Part shown: positions 1 through 9,818 of the stretch, one piece after another | Numbering within the stretch: position 1 is the stretch's first letter | Layout: every line of letters begins with the position of its first letter | Assembly: GCA_028867755.1 (NCBI GenBank) | Contig: JAGWFT010000001.1 | Location: 516,727-580,726 of the forward strand | Direction of reading: 5' to 3' | Source: Nitrososphaerota archaeon | Lineage (GTDB): Archaea > Thermoproteota > Nitrososphaeria > Nitrososphaerales > Nitrosopumilaceae | Length of the DNA: 64,000 nt | Program-made: the position numbers and the translations under genes | The notes under the pieces: model-generated | Databases searched by the model: none | What the model was told of the DNA's origin: nothing | What the model saw: the letters and a program-made list of their open reading frames with translations, nothing else

Positions 1-644
1 AATGATTCTAATTTATCAAGTGAAAACAAAAGTATGCAATCTGCAATTTTATTACCAATACCTTGTACTGTCTTTAGCATATCTTGGGCTGTTCTGTAAT
101 CTGTTTTTCTTAGGGCCTCAAACTCTATCTTCCCAGAGTTTACTGCTTTAGCAGCTTCTCTTACATATTTTGCTCTGAACCCAAGTCCACATGAAAGCAA
201 ATCTTTGATGGTAGCATTTGCTAATGTTCCTGCACTGGGAAAAGTAGAAAATTGATGGTTTTCAAATTCTACTTTGTTGCCAAATTTTCTGCAGAGCCTT
301 GTCAGCATATTTTTGATGTTTCGTATTGACGAGTTCGATGAGCATATGAATGAAATATAACATTGAAAAGGGTCTTGCCGCATCAACCTCAAGCCTGGAA
401 ATTGTTCTACCGCGGTTCTAACAAGAGTGTCTTTGTTTATGCTTGATAATATCTTGCTCATGTTATCGCCATGCCTAAAAAAATATCTGGCATTTTTTGA
501 AGACGAAACTATCCGGAAAGGCTCTGCTATGACTAAAAGTTCGCCCCCGTTAACGCCAAACCATGCATCCCCAATTTTTTCCCAGAGAAATGTTTGGCCG
601 CTATTAATTGTAAAATCTAGGTTTATTGTAGATTTATTCTGCAT
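1..644 (-). CDS. ogg1: 8-oxoguanine DNA glycosylase/AP lyase (OGG1-like, HhH-GPD), 3' end runs off the window
   Basis: Manual translation from ATG at 644: MQNKSTINLDFTINSGQTFLWEK...GLRLMRQDPFQCYISFICSSNSSI...CGLGFRAKY...VQGIGNKIADCILLF; not in the ORF track because it is truncated. Confidence 0.85.
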   Translation of the reverse strand, partial: MQNKSTINLDFTINSGQTFLWEKIGDAWFGVNGGELLVIAEPFRIVSSSKNARYFFRHGDNMSKILSSINKDTLVRTAVEQFPGLRLMRQDPFQCYISFICSSNSSIRNIKNMLTRLCRKFGNKVEFENHQFSTFPSAGTLANATIKDLLSCGLGFRAKYVREAAKAVNSGKIEFEALRKTDYRTAQDMLKTVQGIGNKIADCILLFSLDKLES

Positions 645-645
645 G

Positions 646-1920
646 TTATACCGTGATTATTTCTCCAGCATTAGGTGCATGGGCCTCAAATCCAAATCTT
701 TCATGTATCTCTTCAGCAAATTTTGTACATGACTGGTCGTCACCATGAATTGTGAGAACCTTTGGGGTCCCTTTGATTTTTTTTATAAAGTCAAAAAGAG
801 CAGTTCTGTCGGCATGACCAGAAAATTCAAACTGTCTTACATCTGCTTCTGCTCTGACCTCTTTACCCCGTATACTTACTAGACCTTTTTCCAAAAGCTT
901 TCTTCCTGGAGTTTTTTCTCCTTGATAAGAGACTAAAGCTATGCCATTTTTTTTGTCAAGAGCTAGATTTTGTAAATAAAACACGGCAGAACCTCCAACC
1001 AACATGCCAGCAGGTGAAATTATCACTGCTGGTTCATCTAACATATTTTTTCTTTCCCTTTCTCCCCTCACCCAAACTGCGTGATTTACAGAATCTGCAA
1101 AGACCTCAGCATCGCGCAAATATTCTGGATATTTTAACATTATTTCATTTACCTTCACTGCCATGCCATCCATGACAACTTTGTGTTTGAATTTAGCATT
1201 TTTTAATATAACAGCTATTTCTTGTGATCTTTCCACAGAAAAAGCTGGAACAAAAAGTGTTCCCTTTCTATCCAAAACTTCATATGCAAATTCAATGAAT
1301 TTTTCTTCTGCTTCAAGACGTGGCATCTGATCTGTTTGGGAGTAAGTACTTTCTGTAATTAACAAATCAATCTCACCTAGATCAAGATCTGCCTCTCTTA
1401 ACATGCGTGATCCCTTGGGATTGATATCTCCAGTATAGAACAGTCTTTTATTTTGTGATTCTACAAGAACAGAAGCTCCACCTAACACATGACCAGATTC
1501 GCGTAGCTCAAAGGAGGCATTCCCGCGAGTTATCTTCTCTCTATATTTGATTTCCTTTGAGTGCATCATCATTTTAGCAACCTCCGACAGGTCAAAAGGC
1601 AGGTTACTTTTTTCAAGCCTTATCATGTCTTCTATCAATAATCTTGAAAGGTCAAAAGTTGGGGGGGTTGCATAGACATCTGTACTACCATGCACAAAAA
1701 GTGCAGGTACGTTACCTGAATGGTCTAGATGTGCGTGGGTTATGATGGCAGCGTTAATGTCCTGAGGGTTTACTTGTAGCGGATAAGCCGACTCTCTTCC
1801 TAGCTCCACTCCATAATCTAACAAGAAATTTACCCCATCACAATCGATTTGAAAGGCGGATCGGCCTACTTCTCTTGCCGCACCTAGGACTTTGACCTGC
1901 AAGAGTTGAAATCTTTTCAA
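646..1920 (-). CDS. beta-CASP metallo-beta-lactamase ribonuclease (aCPSF-like, no KH domains)
   Basis: LGAAREVGRS, THAHLDHSG, GHVLG, YTGD, ESTY, FSGHAD motifs; true start may be a few codons downstream. Confidence 0.85.
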   Translation of the reverse strand: MKRFQLLQVKVLGAAREVGRSAFQIDCDGVNFLLDYGVELGRESAYPLQVNPQDINAAIITHAHLDHSGNVPALFVHGSTDVYATPPTFDLSRLLIEDMIRLEKSNLPFDLSEVAKMMMHSKEIKYREKITRGNASFELRESGHVLGGASVLVESQNKRLFYTGDINPKGSRMLREADLDLGEIDLLITESTYSQTDQMPRLEAEEKFIEFAYEVLDRKGTLFVPAFSVERSQEIAVILKNAKFKHKVVMDGMAVKVNEIMLKYPEYLRDAEVFADSVNHAVWVRGERERKNMLDEPAVIISPAGMLVGGSAVFYLQNLALDKKNGIALVSYQGEKTPGRKLLEKGLVSIRGKEVRAEADVRQFEFSGHADRTALFDFIKKIKGTPKVLTIHGDDQSCTKFAEEIHERFGFEAHAPNAGEIITV

Positions 1921-2019
1921 AGTACCTTTAAACGTTTAGCGTTTGGGAAAACTAAAGTCGTTATATTATCTGTGTAATTTACAAAAGACTTAATTATATG
2001 AATCAAAACTGATCTGAGC

Positions 2020-2241
2020 ATGGGTAGAACCTTTGAACAATGGTGGAGTACTATCCCAAAAGATCTTCGAGACAAAGTCCGAAGAGGCGATGAGGGAAAC
2101 AAACCATTATTGAACCAGATAAATTGGATTTGGGTTCACAATATGATGAATCAAAAAGGAGATCTAAATCCTACATCCGCAGAATTGCTAGACTGGGTAA
2201 CATCAGGCCAGATTGAAGCAATGCGCCAAATAAAGAAGTAA
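2020..2241 (+). CDS. small Trp-rich hypothetical protein (73 aa)
   Basis: ATG-started ORF alone in the intergenic gap, protein-like composition, followed by an oligo-T tract. Confidence 0.75.
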   Translation: MGRTFEQWWSTIPKDLRDKVRRGDEGNKPLLNQINWIWVHNMMNQKGDLNPTSAELLDWVTSGQIEAMRQIKK

Positions 2242-2360
2242 ATTTCAAATTATACTTTCTTTTTGTTTTTCTTTTATTCTCTGTCGTGAAATAATTCTAT
2301 AACTCCGTTATGAATTTTGCAGATAGTTTAAATAGCAAACGGTAGATGATCAAAATCAGA

Positions 2361-2663
2361 ATGCCAATAGCAATCATTCCAGACATCGATGAACAGAGAT
2401 GTATAGGCTGCGCACTTTGCGTAGAGATCTGTACTTCTCTTGGCCCAGACGTTCTTCGTGTAAAGCCTGTTGAAGGCTGGAAGAGAGGTAAAGCATTTGT
2501 GTTCTATCCAGAGAGATGTATCTCAGACGGCGCATGCATAGGTGTATGCCCAACAAAGGCAATCTTCTGGATGAGACCAATGAGTTACACACCTGGTCAA
2601 CCAGTTCCTCTCCACAAGAATGGTATCTTCGTAAAAGGCTGGGCAGAAGACGCTGCACTTTAA
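2361..2663 (+). CDS. 2x[4Fe-4S] ferredoxin
   Basis: CIGCALCVEIC and CISDGACIGVCP (second motif has Asp for Cys); ATG 2361 preferred over 2346. Confidence 0.9.
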   Translation: MPIAIIPDIDEQRCIGCALCVEICTSLGPDVLRVKPVEGWKRGKAFVFYPERCISDGACIGVCPTKAIFWMRPMSYTPGQPVPLHKNGIFVKGWAEDAAL

Positions 2664-2687
2664 GCGAAACCGTTCTTCCATTTTTTC

Positions 2688-4202
2688 TTATTTTTTAAAA
2701 TTGAAAAATTTAACCTTCTTTTTGATCTGTTTTGCGTGATGCTTTAGAAAATCATCATTTGTAACATAAATCGTTTTGAATTTGTTTTGTTTAAGGAATA
2801 TATCCAAAGTCTTAGCAAATTCAGAAAACTCCTCTTTGTTATATTGTGAATTAGACATTACGTAATGCGCTGCAGGATAAATGTCTGAAAGTTCTAGAGG
2901 TATTATTCCTAGATATGGATTATACTGGCAGAACTGAGTAGAATCTGCAATATTTGCAAATCTCTTTTTTATTTTGTTGTATTCTTTTGATAGGTAAAAT
3001 GGCCTCATGCTGCCATCTGGAATAATTACTAGATTTGGTTTTGTTGTCTTAAATTTTCTTACCATGCTATGAAATCTAGATAGTTCAGGCCTGAATTGGT
3101 CTTCTTTTGAAAACAAGAATACTGCATTTTCCTTGAACCTAGGAGTATTTTCGATAAGAAACGGAGTGTTTGAGGTAAGAACAGATATGATTTCATAGAG
3201 TTTTGGGTGTGCACGTGCCTTCTTTAGCACATATTCCCACAACCGTCCTTCATGAATGGATTCTTTTACTCTATCGACTTCAGCCTTTATAGAATAAAGA
3301 TTGTGTAAAGCAATGCTGTTTATTTTTTCATCTCTAGGAAGCAATTGTATCTCCTTTGGCTTGTATTTGCTACATGTTTCGCAGGTACATGAGAAATATG
3401 ATATTTCATTAAGATGGGCTGTACCGTCTTCCATGATGTACCTATCATGCTTTGCATATAGCATATAGGAAGCAGAATCAAAGGTATCGCAGCCAAGAGC
3501 AACGGCCAGAGAAATTGTAAGGGGATGGCCTGCTCCAAAGAGATGAAGTGGAATTGAATCCGGCATCTCTTTTTTTGCTGCAATTATCATTTTTGCCAAA
3601 AGCTTGTATTCGTATGATTCCATGAATTCTACTGGGCTTCCTAGTGCCAGCATTTGAAAACCATATTTTACTAATGCTCTAGTTGATTCTTTGACCAGAT
3701 CTGAATACTCGCTTCCCTGTATTGGTCCTATCCATATCTGCCCGTTGTCATCTCTTGTCTCCAGAGTTTCCTTTGAAACCTTCAGAGTGTGATTGACATA
3801 TTCTCTTGCTTTCTTTTTTGTTAAACCAAAACCTGTTGGTTTATCAAGAGGAATGGCAAAATCTGTCGAGATTCTTTTCTCAAATGATGCCATGGTCTTA
3901 TAGTTTACATCTATATCTCCATATTCTAGAACTTGGTAACCGCCAGAGTCTGTCATCACTGCACCATCATAACCAATTATTCCGTGAATTCCTTTTTTTA
4001 CTGCATCATCACCGTGTTGTTTTAACGTGATAAACGCATTTGTTATGACAAGATCAAAGCCCATCTCTCGAATTTTTTTTGCAGGTATTGACTGTCGCAC
4101 AGGGTGAATTACTGGCACATATGCAGGTGTTTCAATTTTACCGTGATTAGTGTGTAAAATTCCTATTCTTCCTGATAGATCCGATTTCTTTATCTCAAAC
4201 AT
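2688..4202 (-). CDS. tgtA: archaeosine tRNA-guanine(15) transglycosylase
   Basis: TDSGGYQ, HLFGAG, DTFDSASY, Zn site CTCETC...LHN; no obvious C-terminal PUA domain. Confidence 0.92.
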   Translation of the reverse strand: MFEIKKSDLSGRIGILHTNHGKIETPAYVPVIHPVRQSIPAKKIREMGFDLVITNAFITLKQHGDDAVKKGIHGIIGYDGAVMTDSGGYQVLEYGDIDVNYKTMASFEKRISTDFAIPLDKPTGFGLTKKKAREYVNHTLKVSKETLETRDDNGQIWIGPIQGSEYSDLVKESTRALVKYGFQMLALGSPVEFMESYEYKLLAKMIIAAKKEMPDSIPLHLFGAGHPLTISLAVALGCDTFDSASYMLYAKHDRYIMEDGTAHLNEISYFSCTCETCSKYKPKEIQLLPRDEKINSIALHNLYSIKAEVDRVKESIHEGRLWEYVLKKARAHPKLYEIISVLTSNTPFLIENTPRFKENAVFLFSKEDQFRPELSRFHSMVRKFKTTKPNLVIIPDGSMRPFYLSKEYNKIKKRFANIADSTQFCQYNPYLGIIPLELSDIYPAAHYVMSNSQYNKEEFSEFAKTLDIFLKQNKFKTIYVTNDDFLKHHAKQIKKKVKFFNFKK

Positions 4203-4236
4203 TTCATATTTTGATTTAACATGACGTAATTTGAAC

Positions 4237-4788
4237 CTAGTATGGGAAAAATCTCTTCAGATCGTTTTTCTCTGAAACTATTTTTAACCAGTCAATATCG
4301 CTTTTCTCTGTTTTACCTTTCGCAAAAAGAGACTCAATTTTCTTTACTGTACTAGATATGGATTCATTAGTAGTGTCAAACTGAAATGTTTTCTTACGTC
4401 CAATGTTTTTTATTGTATCATAATATGTGATTCCTATTATTTCACTACCTAAATTTTCAAGAGATTTTTTCTTGTTATACTTTCTTTTTTTGTAAACACG
4501 TTCCAAGTTGTATGGATTACGCCTCAATACGACTGCAATCTCAACCTTGTTTTTCGAAATAATGTAAGGAGCTAGGTGTCCTACAAGCAAAGCATTACTT
4601 GGCATATTATTGTTTAAAATTTTCTTTAGTTTTCTAACATCCACATCAAATACTTGGCCATTTTTTTCAGCGGCGCCTTCACTTATTGCTATTTTATTTA
4701 TATCTACTAGTTCTAACTTGAGATTTTTTGCAAGTATTTTTGCCACTGTGTGTTTTCCTGTTCCAGGATTACCGGTTATTATCCTCAA
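4237..4788 (-). CDS. AK6/Fap7-type adenylate kinase/ATPase
   Basis: P-loop GNPGTGKH, LLVGH motif, LRRNP..L..R, ENLGSEI; TTG start. Confidence 0.8.
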   Translation of the reverse strand: MRIITGNPGTGKHTVAKILAKNLKLELVDINKIAISEGAAEKNGQVFDVDVRKLKKILNNNMPSNALLVGHLAPYIISKNKVEIAVVLRRNPYNLERVYKKRKYNKKKSLENLGSEIIGITYYDTIKNIGRKKTFQFDTTNESISSTVKKIESLFAKGKTEKSDIDWLKIVSEKNDLKRFFPY

Positions 4789-4861
4789 CGAATAGATTGA
4801 TAGACAAATTCAATTAAACACTTCTGCAATACTAATAAGAGCAAGATTCAAAGTATTTTTC

Positions 4862-6052
4862 ATGCAGATCGGGCTATTGGGCAAGACCAATGTCGGAAAA
4901 TCCACATTCTTCTCAGCTGCCACTCAAACTACTGCTCAGATTGGAAATTACCCATTTACTACAATTGAACCTAATGTTGGCATTGCTTATGTTAAAACTG
5001 AATGTGCGTGCAAACATTTTGGAATAAATCATGTTCATCAGTTATGTGTGCAAGGAACTAGGTATATTCCCGTGAAACTAATTGATGTAGCAGGTCTTGT
5101 TCCTGGGGCTCATGAGGGAAAAGGATTGGGAAATAAATTTCTAGATGATGCAAGACAAGCAGAAGTATTGATTCATGTAGTGGATGCTTCTGGTTCAACG
5201 GATATACAAGGGCAACCAGTTCCAGCTGGAACTCATAGTCCACTTGAGGATGTAAAGTTTGTTGAAGAAGAATTCGACCAATGGATGAAACAAATACTTC
5301 AGAGGGAATGGCACAAATTAACAAGGGAGCTAGAAAGCAAAAGTGGAAAAATTATTCACGCAATCACTCAAAGGTTTAGTGGACTTGGAATAATAGAATA
5401 TGATATTGAGACTGTTTTACACCATTTGAATTTGCAGATCAAAAAGCCTCTGGATTGGACTGAGAGCGATATTTTGTCATTTGTGAAGGAATTGAGAAAG
5501 AGAACTAGACCAATTATAATTGCCGCCAACAAATCTGATCTTTGCCACGACTTGAGCATCTTAGACGAGTTAAAAAAAATACATAATACTATAGCTTGTA
5601 GTGCAGAAACCGAATTGTTATTGAGAAAAGCTGCAAAAGGGGGTCTAATAGACTATATTCCAGGAGAAAAAGATTTTAAAATAAAAGGAACAAATCTTAG
5701 CACGCAGCAACAAAAAGCGCTAGATTTGGCTCAAAATGTATTGTCCAAGATTGGAGGTACCGGGGTTCAACAAATTTTGGATTATGCCTGTTTTGATCTC
5801 TTAAAATTAATTACAGTGTTTCCAGTAGAGGATGAGTCAAAACTGTCAAACAAGAATGGTGAGATCTTACCAGATGCAAGGCTGCTTCCAGTAGGGTCTA
5901 CTACAAAAGATCTTGCCAGAACTGTTCATGAAGACCTAGCAAAAGGATTCCTTTATGCAGTAGATGCCAAGACAAAACAACGAGTAGGAGCAGAACATCA
6001 ATTAAAAAATGGAGACGTACTAAAAATAATGTCAACTCTAAATAGAGGATAA
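4862..6052 (+). CDS. ychF: YchF/Obg-family ATPase/GTPase with TGS domain
   Basis: GKTNVGKS, NYPFTTIEPN, DVAGLVPGAHEGKGLGNKFL, ANKSD, C-terminal TGS. Confidence 0.93.
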   Translation: MQIGLLGKTNVGKSTFFSAATQTTAQIGNYPFTTIEPNVGIAYVKTECACKHFGINHVHQLCVQGTRYIPVKLIDVAGLVPGAHEGKGLGNKFLDDARQAEVLIHVVDASGSTDIQGQPVPAGTHSPLEDVKFVEEEFDQWMKQILQREWHKLTRELESKSGKIIHAITQRFSGLGIIEYDIETVLHHLNLQIKKPLDWTESDILSFVKELRKRTRPIIIAANKSDLCHDLSILDELKKIHNTIACSAETELLLRKAAKGGLIDYIPGEKDFKIKGTNLSTQQQKALDLAQNVLSKIGGTGVQQILDYACFDLLKLITVFPVEDESKLSNKNGEILPDARLLPVGSTTKDLARTVHEDLAKGFLYAVDAKTKQRVGAEHQLKNGDVLKIMSTLNRG

Positions 6053-6053
6053 T

Positions 6054-7037
6054 ATGATCTGTTTGGGAATTGAAAGCACTGCTCATACTTTTTCATGTGC
6101 TATTATTGAGAAAAGAGGAAAAAATGGAAAAATTCTGTCAGATATCAGAAAGATATACAGGCCACCTGAAGGTGAGGGAATACACCCAAGAGAAGCATCT
6201 CGTCACCATGCTGAAAACTCTCCACAGGTGCTCTCAGAATGTTTGAATAAAGCTGATGTGAAAATTACTGACCTTGATATGGTGTCATATGCAGCAGGAC
6301 CAGGTCTTGGCCCGTGCCTTAGAATTGGTGCGGTTGTAGCAAGATCCCTTTCTTCATACTATGGTATACCGGTATATCCAGTGAATCATGCCCTTGGTCA
6401 TATTGAGCTGGGCAAGATGCTTACTGGTGCAAAAGATCCTCTTGTTTTACTTGTATCAGGAGGTCATACTATGATTCTGGCATTTCTCGGTAAAAAGTGG
6501 AGAGTGTTTGGCGAAACATTAGATATAACGCTGGGGCAGTTGTTAGATCAAATTGGAAGACATGCAGGGTTTGCATCACCTTGCGGTTCAAAAATAGAGG
6601 AACTTGCATCAAAATCATCTAGTTATGAATATCTACCATATGTGGTTAAAGGAAATGATGTTTCCTTTTCGGGTCTTCTTTCTGCTACAAAAAGAATAAT
6701 TCCAAAAGGGCTTGAAGCTGCATGTTTTTCATTGCAAGAGACAGCATTTTCAATGATAGGTGAAGCTGTAGAACGAGCTTTATCGTTTACAGGAAAGAAA
6801 GAATTTCTAGTGGTGGGAGGGGTTGCAGCTAACAAAAGACTATCAGAAATTTTTCAAAGCATATGTAAAAGACACAATTGTAAATTCTTTGTGTCTCCAA
6901 AAGAATATTCAGGAGACTGTGGCTCTCAAATCTCTTGGGTTGGACTATTAGAGTCGTCAAAAAAGGCCGGAGCTAAATTAGAAAATACGTTTGTAAGACA
7001 ATCATGGAGACTAGATACTGTTGAAATACTCTATTGA
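6054..7037 (+). CDS. kae1: KEOPS t6A synthase Kae1
   Basis: GIESTAHT, GPGLGPCL, NHALGH, LLVSGGHT, GETLD, GGVAAN. Confidence 0.95.
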   Translation: MICLGIESTAHTFSCAIIEKRGKNGKILSDIRKIYRPPEGEGIHPREASRHHAENSPQVLSECLNKADVKITDLDMVSYAAGPGLGPCLRIGAVVARSLSSYYGIPVYPVNHALGHIELGKMLTGAKDPLVLLVSGGHTMILAFLGKKWRVFGETLDITLGQLLDQIGRHAGFASPCGSKIEELASKSSSYEYLPYVVKGNDVSFSGLLSATKRIIPKGLEAACFSLQETAFSMIGEAVERALSFTGKKEFLVVGGVAANKRLSEIFQSICKRHNCKFFVSPKEYSGDCGSQISWVGLLESSKKAGAKLENTFVRQSWRLDTVEILY

Positions 7038-7357
7038 TCCTTATAGTTAGAAATAGCTTCTTTTACTGTTTTTTCCCATTTTCCTGTATTGAAGACGCCA
7101 AACTTGTACGTTTTTTCACCTTCATCAGTTTTGATTTTGATTCGAACTTTCTTCATAAATCGTCCTTCTTTGGCGACTTCGATGATATCTTCGAGTCTAG
7201 CTTCCATCACAGTGTCACCAAACTTCTTAGAAAAATCCATGATTCTTCCCTCTGTTTTATCAAAAGCTATTCTCATATTAGTGAGAGTGAGTATGCCTGG
7301 ACCCAGCGTATCCTCTGAACAATCTTCCTGCGTGATTTTTTTTTCATTTGGCTCCAT
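7031..7357 (-). CDS. hypothetical protein, PH/GRAM-like fold
   Basis: G.LTLTNMRIAF strand motif and C-terminal amphipathic helix (WEKTVKEAI); fills the gap between kae1 and bud32. Confidence 0.65.
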   Translation of the reverse strand: MEPNEKKITQEDCSEDTLGPGILTLTNMRIAFDKTEGRIMDFSKKFGDTVMEARLEDIIEVAKEGRFMKKVRIKIKTDEGEKTYKFGVFNTGKWEKTVKEAISNYKDQ

Positions 7358-7473
7358 GATGTATTTTTTTTATTGTATGTTATAACTGTATACTATACAA
7401 TAATTAATCTAAAACTTTGATCTATAGTACACAACATGTCAATTGTATATGATTGTAACTTAAATTATGTCTA

Positions 7474-8112
7474 ATGATATTTGTAATGCTGTTGAGATTA
7501 TTGAAAAAAGGTGCAGAAGCAGATATTTACTTGACTATTTGGAATGATAGAAAATCTATTTTAAAAATTAGAAAACGAAAAGAATATCGTAATGAAATTC
7601 TAGATAATAGAATTCGTACGTTGAGGACAGTTAGAGAAGCAAAGATGATGTCAGAAGTAAAGACATTTGGAGTTAGTACCCCAATTGTTTTCTTTGTGGA
7701 TCAAAATAAATTCAAAATATACTTACAATTTATACCTGGAATGCTAGTGAGAGATCTGCCAAACAAATTGATAATAAACACCTGTGAAAAAATTGGTAAG
7801 ATTGTAGGTACTCTGCATAAAAATGGAATCATGCACGGGGATCTCACTACTTCTAATTTTATACTTGGATCTGATGAGTTAATAATCTTGGATTTTGGAC
7901 TTGCCCAAAGAACAGAAAAAATTGAGGATCATGCAATTGATCTTAGATTATTCAAGGAAGTACTAAACAGTGCCCATGTTGAGATCGTAAACCAAGCATG
8001 GCTTTCATTTTTGCGTGGATATGGTAAAATTGTTGGCGCCTCAAGAAAGGAGAAGATCATCTCCCAAGTACTGGTTATAGAGAAGAGGGGCAGATACGCA
8101 AATGTTGTCTAG
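7474..8112 (+). CDS. bud32: KEOPS kinase Bud32
   Basis: KGAEA, RTVREA, HGDLTTSN, LDFGL, RGRY C-terminus. Confidence 0.95.
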   Translation: MIFVMLLRLLKKGAEADIYLTIWNDRKSILKIRKRKEYRNEILDNRIRTLRTVREAKMMSEVKTFGVSTPIVFFVDQNKFKIYLQFIPGMLVRDLPNKLIINTCEKIGKIVGTLHKNGIMHGDLTTSNFILGSDELIILDFGLAQRTEKIEDHAIDLRLFKEVLNSAHVEIVNQAWLSFLRGYGKIVGASRKEKIISQVLVIEKRGRYANVV

Positions 8113-8662
8113 GGTTTTTTTTGCCTCATCAAACAAAAACAAGTTTGAAGAAGCTAGGCTCATCTCATCAAAACTTGGTATATCGTTAGAATTCTTCAAA
8201 TGTAAACTTCAAGAAATACAATCAAACAGCTTGGAAGAAATTGCATACCATAAAGCAACGCAAGCATTTTCTCTCTGCTCAAAGCCAGTGATAATAGAGG
8301 ATGACAGCTTGTTTATTTCATCACTGAATGGCTTTCCTGGACCATATTCCTCATTTGTATTTGATACTATTGGAAATAAGGGAATTCTTAAGTTGCTATC
8401 AAAACAGAGAAGCGCGATATTCAGATCCATCATTGCGTACTGTGAAAAGAAAGGAAATGTCATGTTATTTGACGCTAAAGTATATGGAAAAATATCTGAA
8501 AAAATACGAGGAAGCAAATGGGGATTTGATCCAATATTTATCCCAAAGGGACAAACTTTGACGTATTCACTACTAAAAAATAAAAATCTTGTTTCACATA
8601 GATATCTAGCATTAAAAAAATTCACTAATTGGTATTTGAATAAGAAGAAATCCAACGGTTAG
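8102..8662 (+). CDS. rdgB: RdgB/HAM1 non-canonical purine NTP pyrophosphatase
   Basis: SSNKNKF, EIQS, GFPGPYS, WGFDPIF, SHR. Confidence 0.92.
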   Translation: MLSRVFFASSNKNKFEEARLISSKLGISLEFFKCKLQEIQSNSLEEIAYHKATQAFSLCSKPVIIEDDSLFISSLNGFPGPYSSFVFDTIGNKGILKLLSKQRSAIFRSIIAYCEKKGNVMLFDAKVYGKISEKIRGSKWGFDPIFIPKGQTLTYSLLKNKNLVSHRYLALKKFTNWYLNKKKSNG

Positions 8663-9653
8663 TGACTCGTTTCTGATTCTGTAGTACTACAATTCGTGAA
8701 ATTTCACTTTCATCCATTACTGAATACATTTCATCTTCTCTTATCAATGCATTAGCAAAATGTCTTACTTCAGACATGTCCAACATGTCGGAACGTTCCA
8801 GTCTGTTAGTTGAGCGACCTATGTGCATGTATGATTTTATCTCTATGAAGTGAACATTTCCATGATTAAACAGCCTATAATATTCAGGAATTAATTGGTC
8901 ATTATTGTTGTAGCCTCTAATCAAAGTAACTCGGAGTACAGTTCTAGTATTGAGTCTTGAAAGAAGATCTAGGCTAGAATTCCATCTTTCCCAAGCGTCT
9001 TTGTACTTTGGTCTATTGACAAGTCGAAAGACCTCTTCATTAGGTGCATTTGTAGATAAATACAATTGAGTTGGTAGTGCATCCTCATCTTGCAACCTTT
9101 CAAGCATCTCAGGCTCTTGTCCATTTGTAACTAAAAACACAGATTTTGTTGCAGGTAACTGCTTGAGATATTTTATCAATTCAGGCAATTGAGGATACAT
9201 TGTCGGTTCCCCTGAAAGTGATATTGCATAATGACTTGGAAGTAATGACTCGTCAATCTTTTTCCTGTCACTTTTAACGTCTCCATAATGTCCCATTATC
9301 AACCTCTCCCGCTCTTCCATCAAGTTTGAAAGAATAACCTCTGGTGGTGCAACTTTCTCAGGAGGCATTTTCATTGCACTATAAAATTCCATTGGGCGCC
9401 AACAATAGACACATCTATTCTCACAAAACATTCCAGCTGGTGAGAATTCCATGCATCTATGAGTTGAGATTCCATAAAACTTGTGTTTGTAACAATCTCC
9501 TTCATTTCTAAATGATTTTTTTGTCCAATGACACAACTCTACTGTACTGTGATCGGAAACGCCATACTTTGCCTTTTTGAGTTGATTTAAAATCACAGGT
9601 TTTATCTGAATGAATTCGTTGTCTGTCTCCACGGTTTCGCCAGAACAACTCAT
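8625..9653 (-). CDS. taw1: 4-demethylwyosine synthase Taw1/TYW1 (radical SAM)
   Basis: LCHWTK, CYKHKFYGI, CENRCVYCWR, SLSGEPT, TNG; overlaps rdgB convergently by 38 bp. Confidence 0.93.
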   Translation of the reverse strand: MSCSGETVETDNEFIQIKPVILNQLKKAKYGVSDHSTVELCHWTKKSFRNEGDCYKHKFYGISTHRCMEFSPAGMFCENRCVYCWRPMEFYSAMKMPPEKVAPPEVILSNLMEERERLIMGHYGDVKSDRKKIDESLLPSHYAISLSGEPTMYPQLPELIKYLKQLPATKSVFLVTNGQEPEMLERLQDEDALPTQLYLSTNAPNEEVFRLVNRPKYKDAWERWNSSLDLLSRLNTRTVLRVTLIRGYNNNDQLIPEYYRLFNHGNVHFIEIKSYMHIGRSTNRLERSDMLDMSEVRHFANALIREDEMYSVMDESEISRIVVLQNQKRVTNRWISSYSNTN

Positions 9654-9683
9654 GGCAAATATTTTACTTGCTTTTAATTAAAT

Positions 9684-9818
9684 CTACGTAGAGTCTAACA
9701 TTGATACGCACGGTGCATTTTCCATAGGAACACAGAGTACATGTCCTAAGTAAAGCATGCTATAGAAGATCACTGCTGCAGTGATTCCCATTGCGACATA
9801 CCACATTCTAAACTTCAT
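9684..9818 (-). CDS. putative 44-aa membrane microprotein
   Basis: Manual translation MKFRMWYVAMGITAAVIFYSMLYLGHVLCVPMENAPCVSMLDST*; below the ORF-track cutoff; occupies an empty gap. Confidence 0.5.
   Translation of the reverse strand: MKFRMWYVAMGITAAVIFYSMLYLGHVLCVPMENAPCVSMLDST

Noticed and set aside
427-732. 101-aa plus-strand ORF
   Set aside because: Antisense to the OGG1-like gene and the beta-CASP gene.
4237-4788. GKH instead of GKT/S in the kinase P-loop, and EDDSL instead of EDSGL in RdgB
   Set aside because: Single-residue variants with the other motifs intact; not enough evidence for altered function without alignments.
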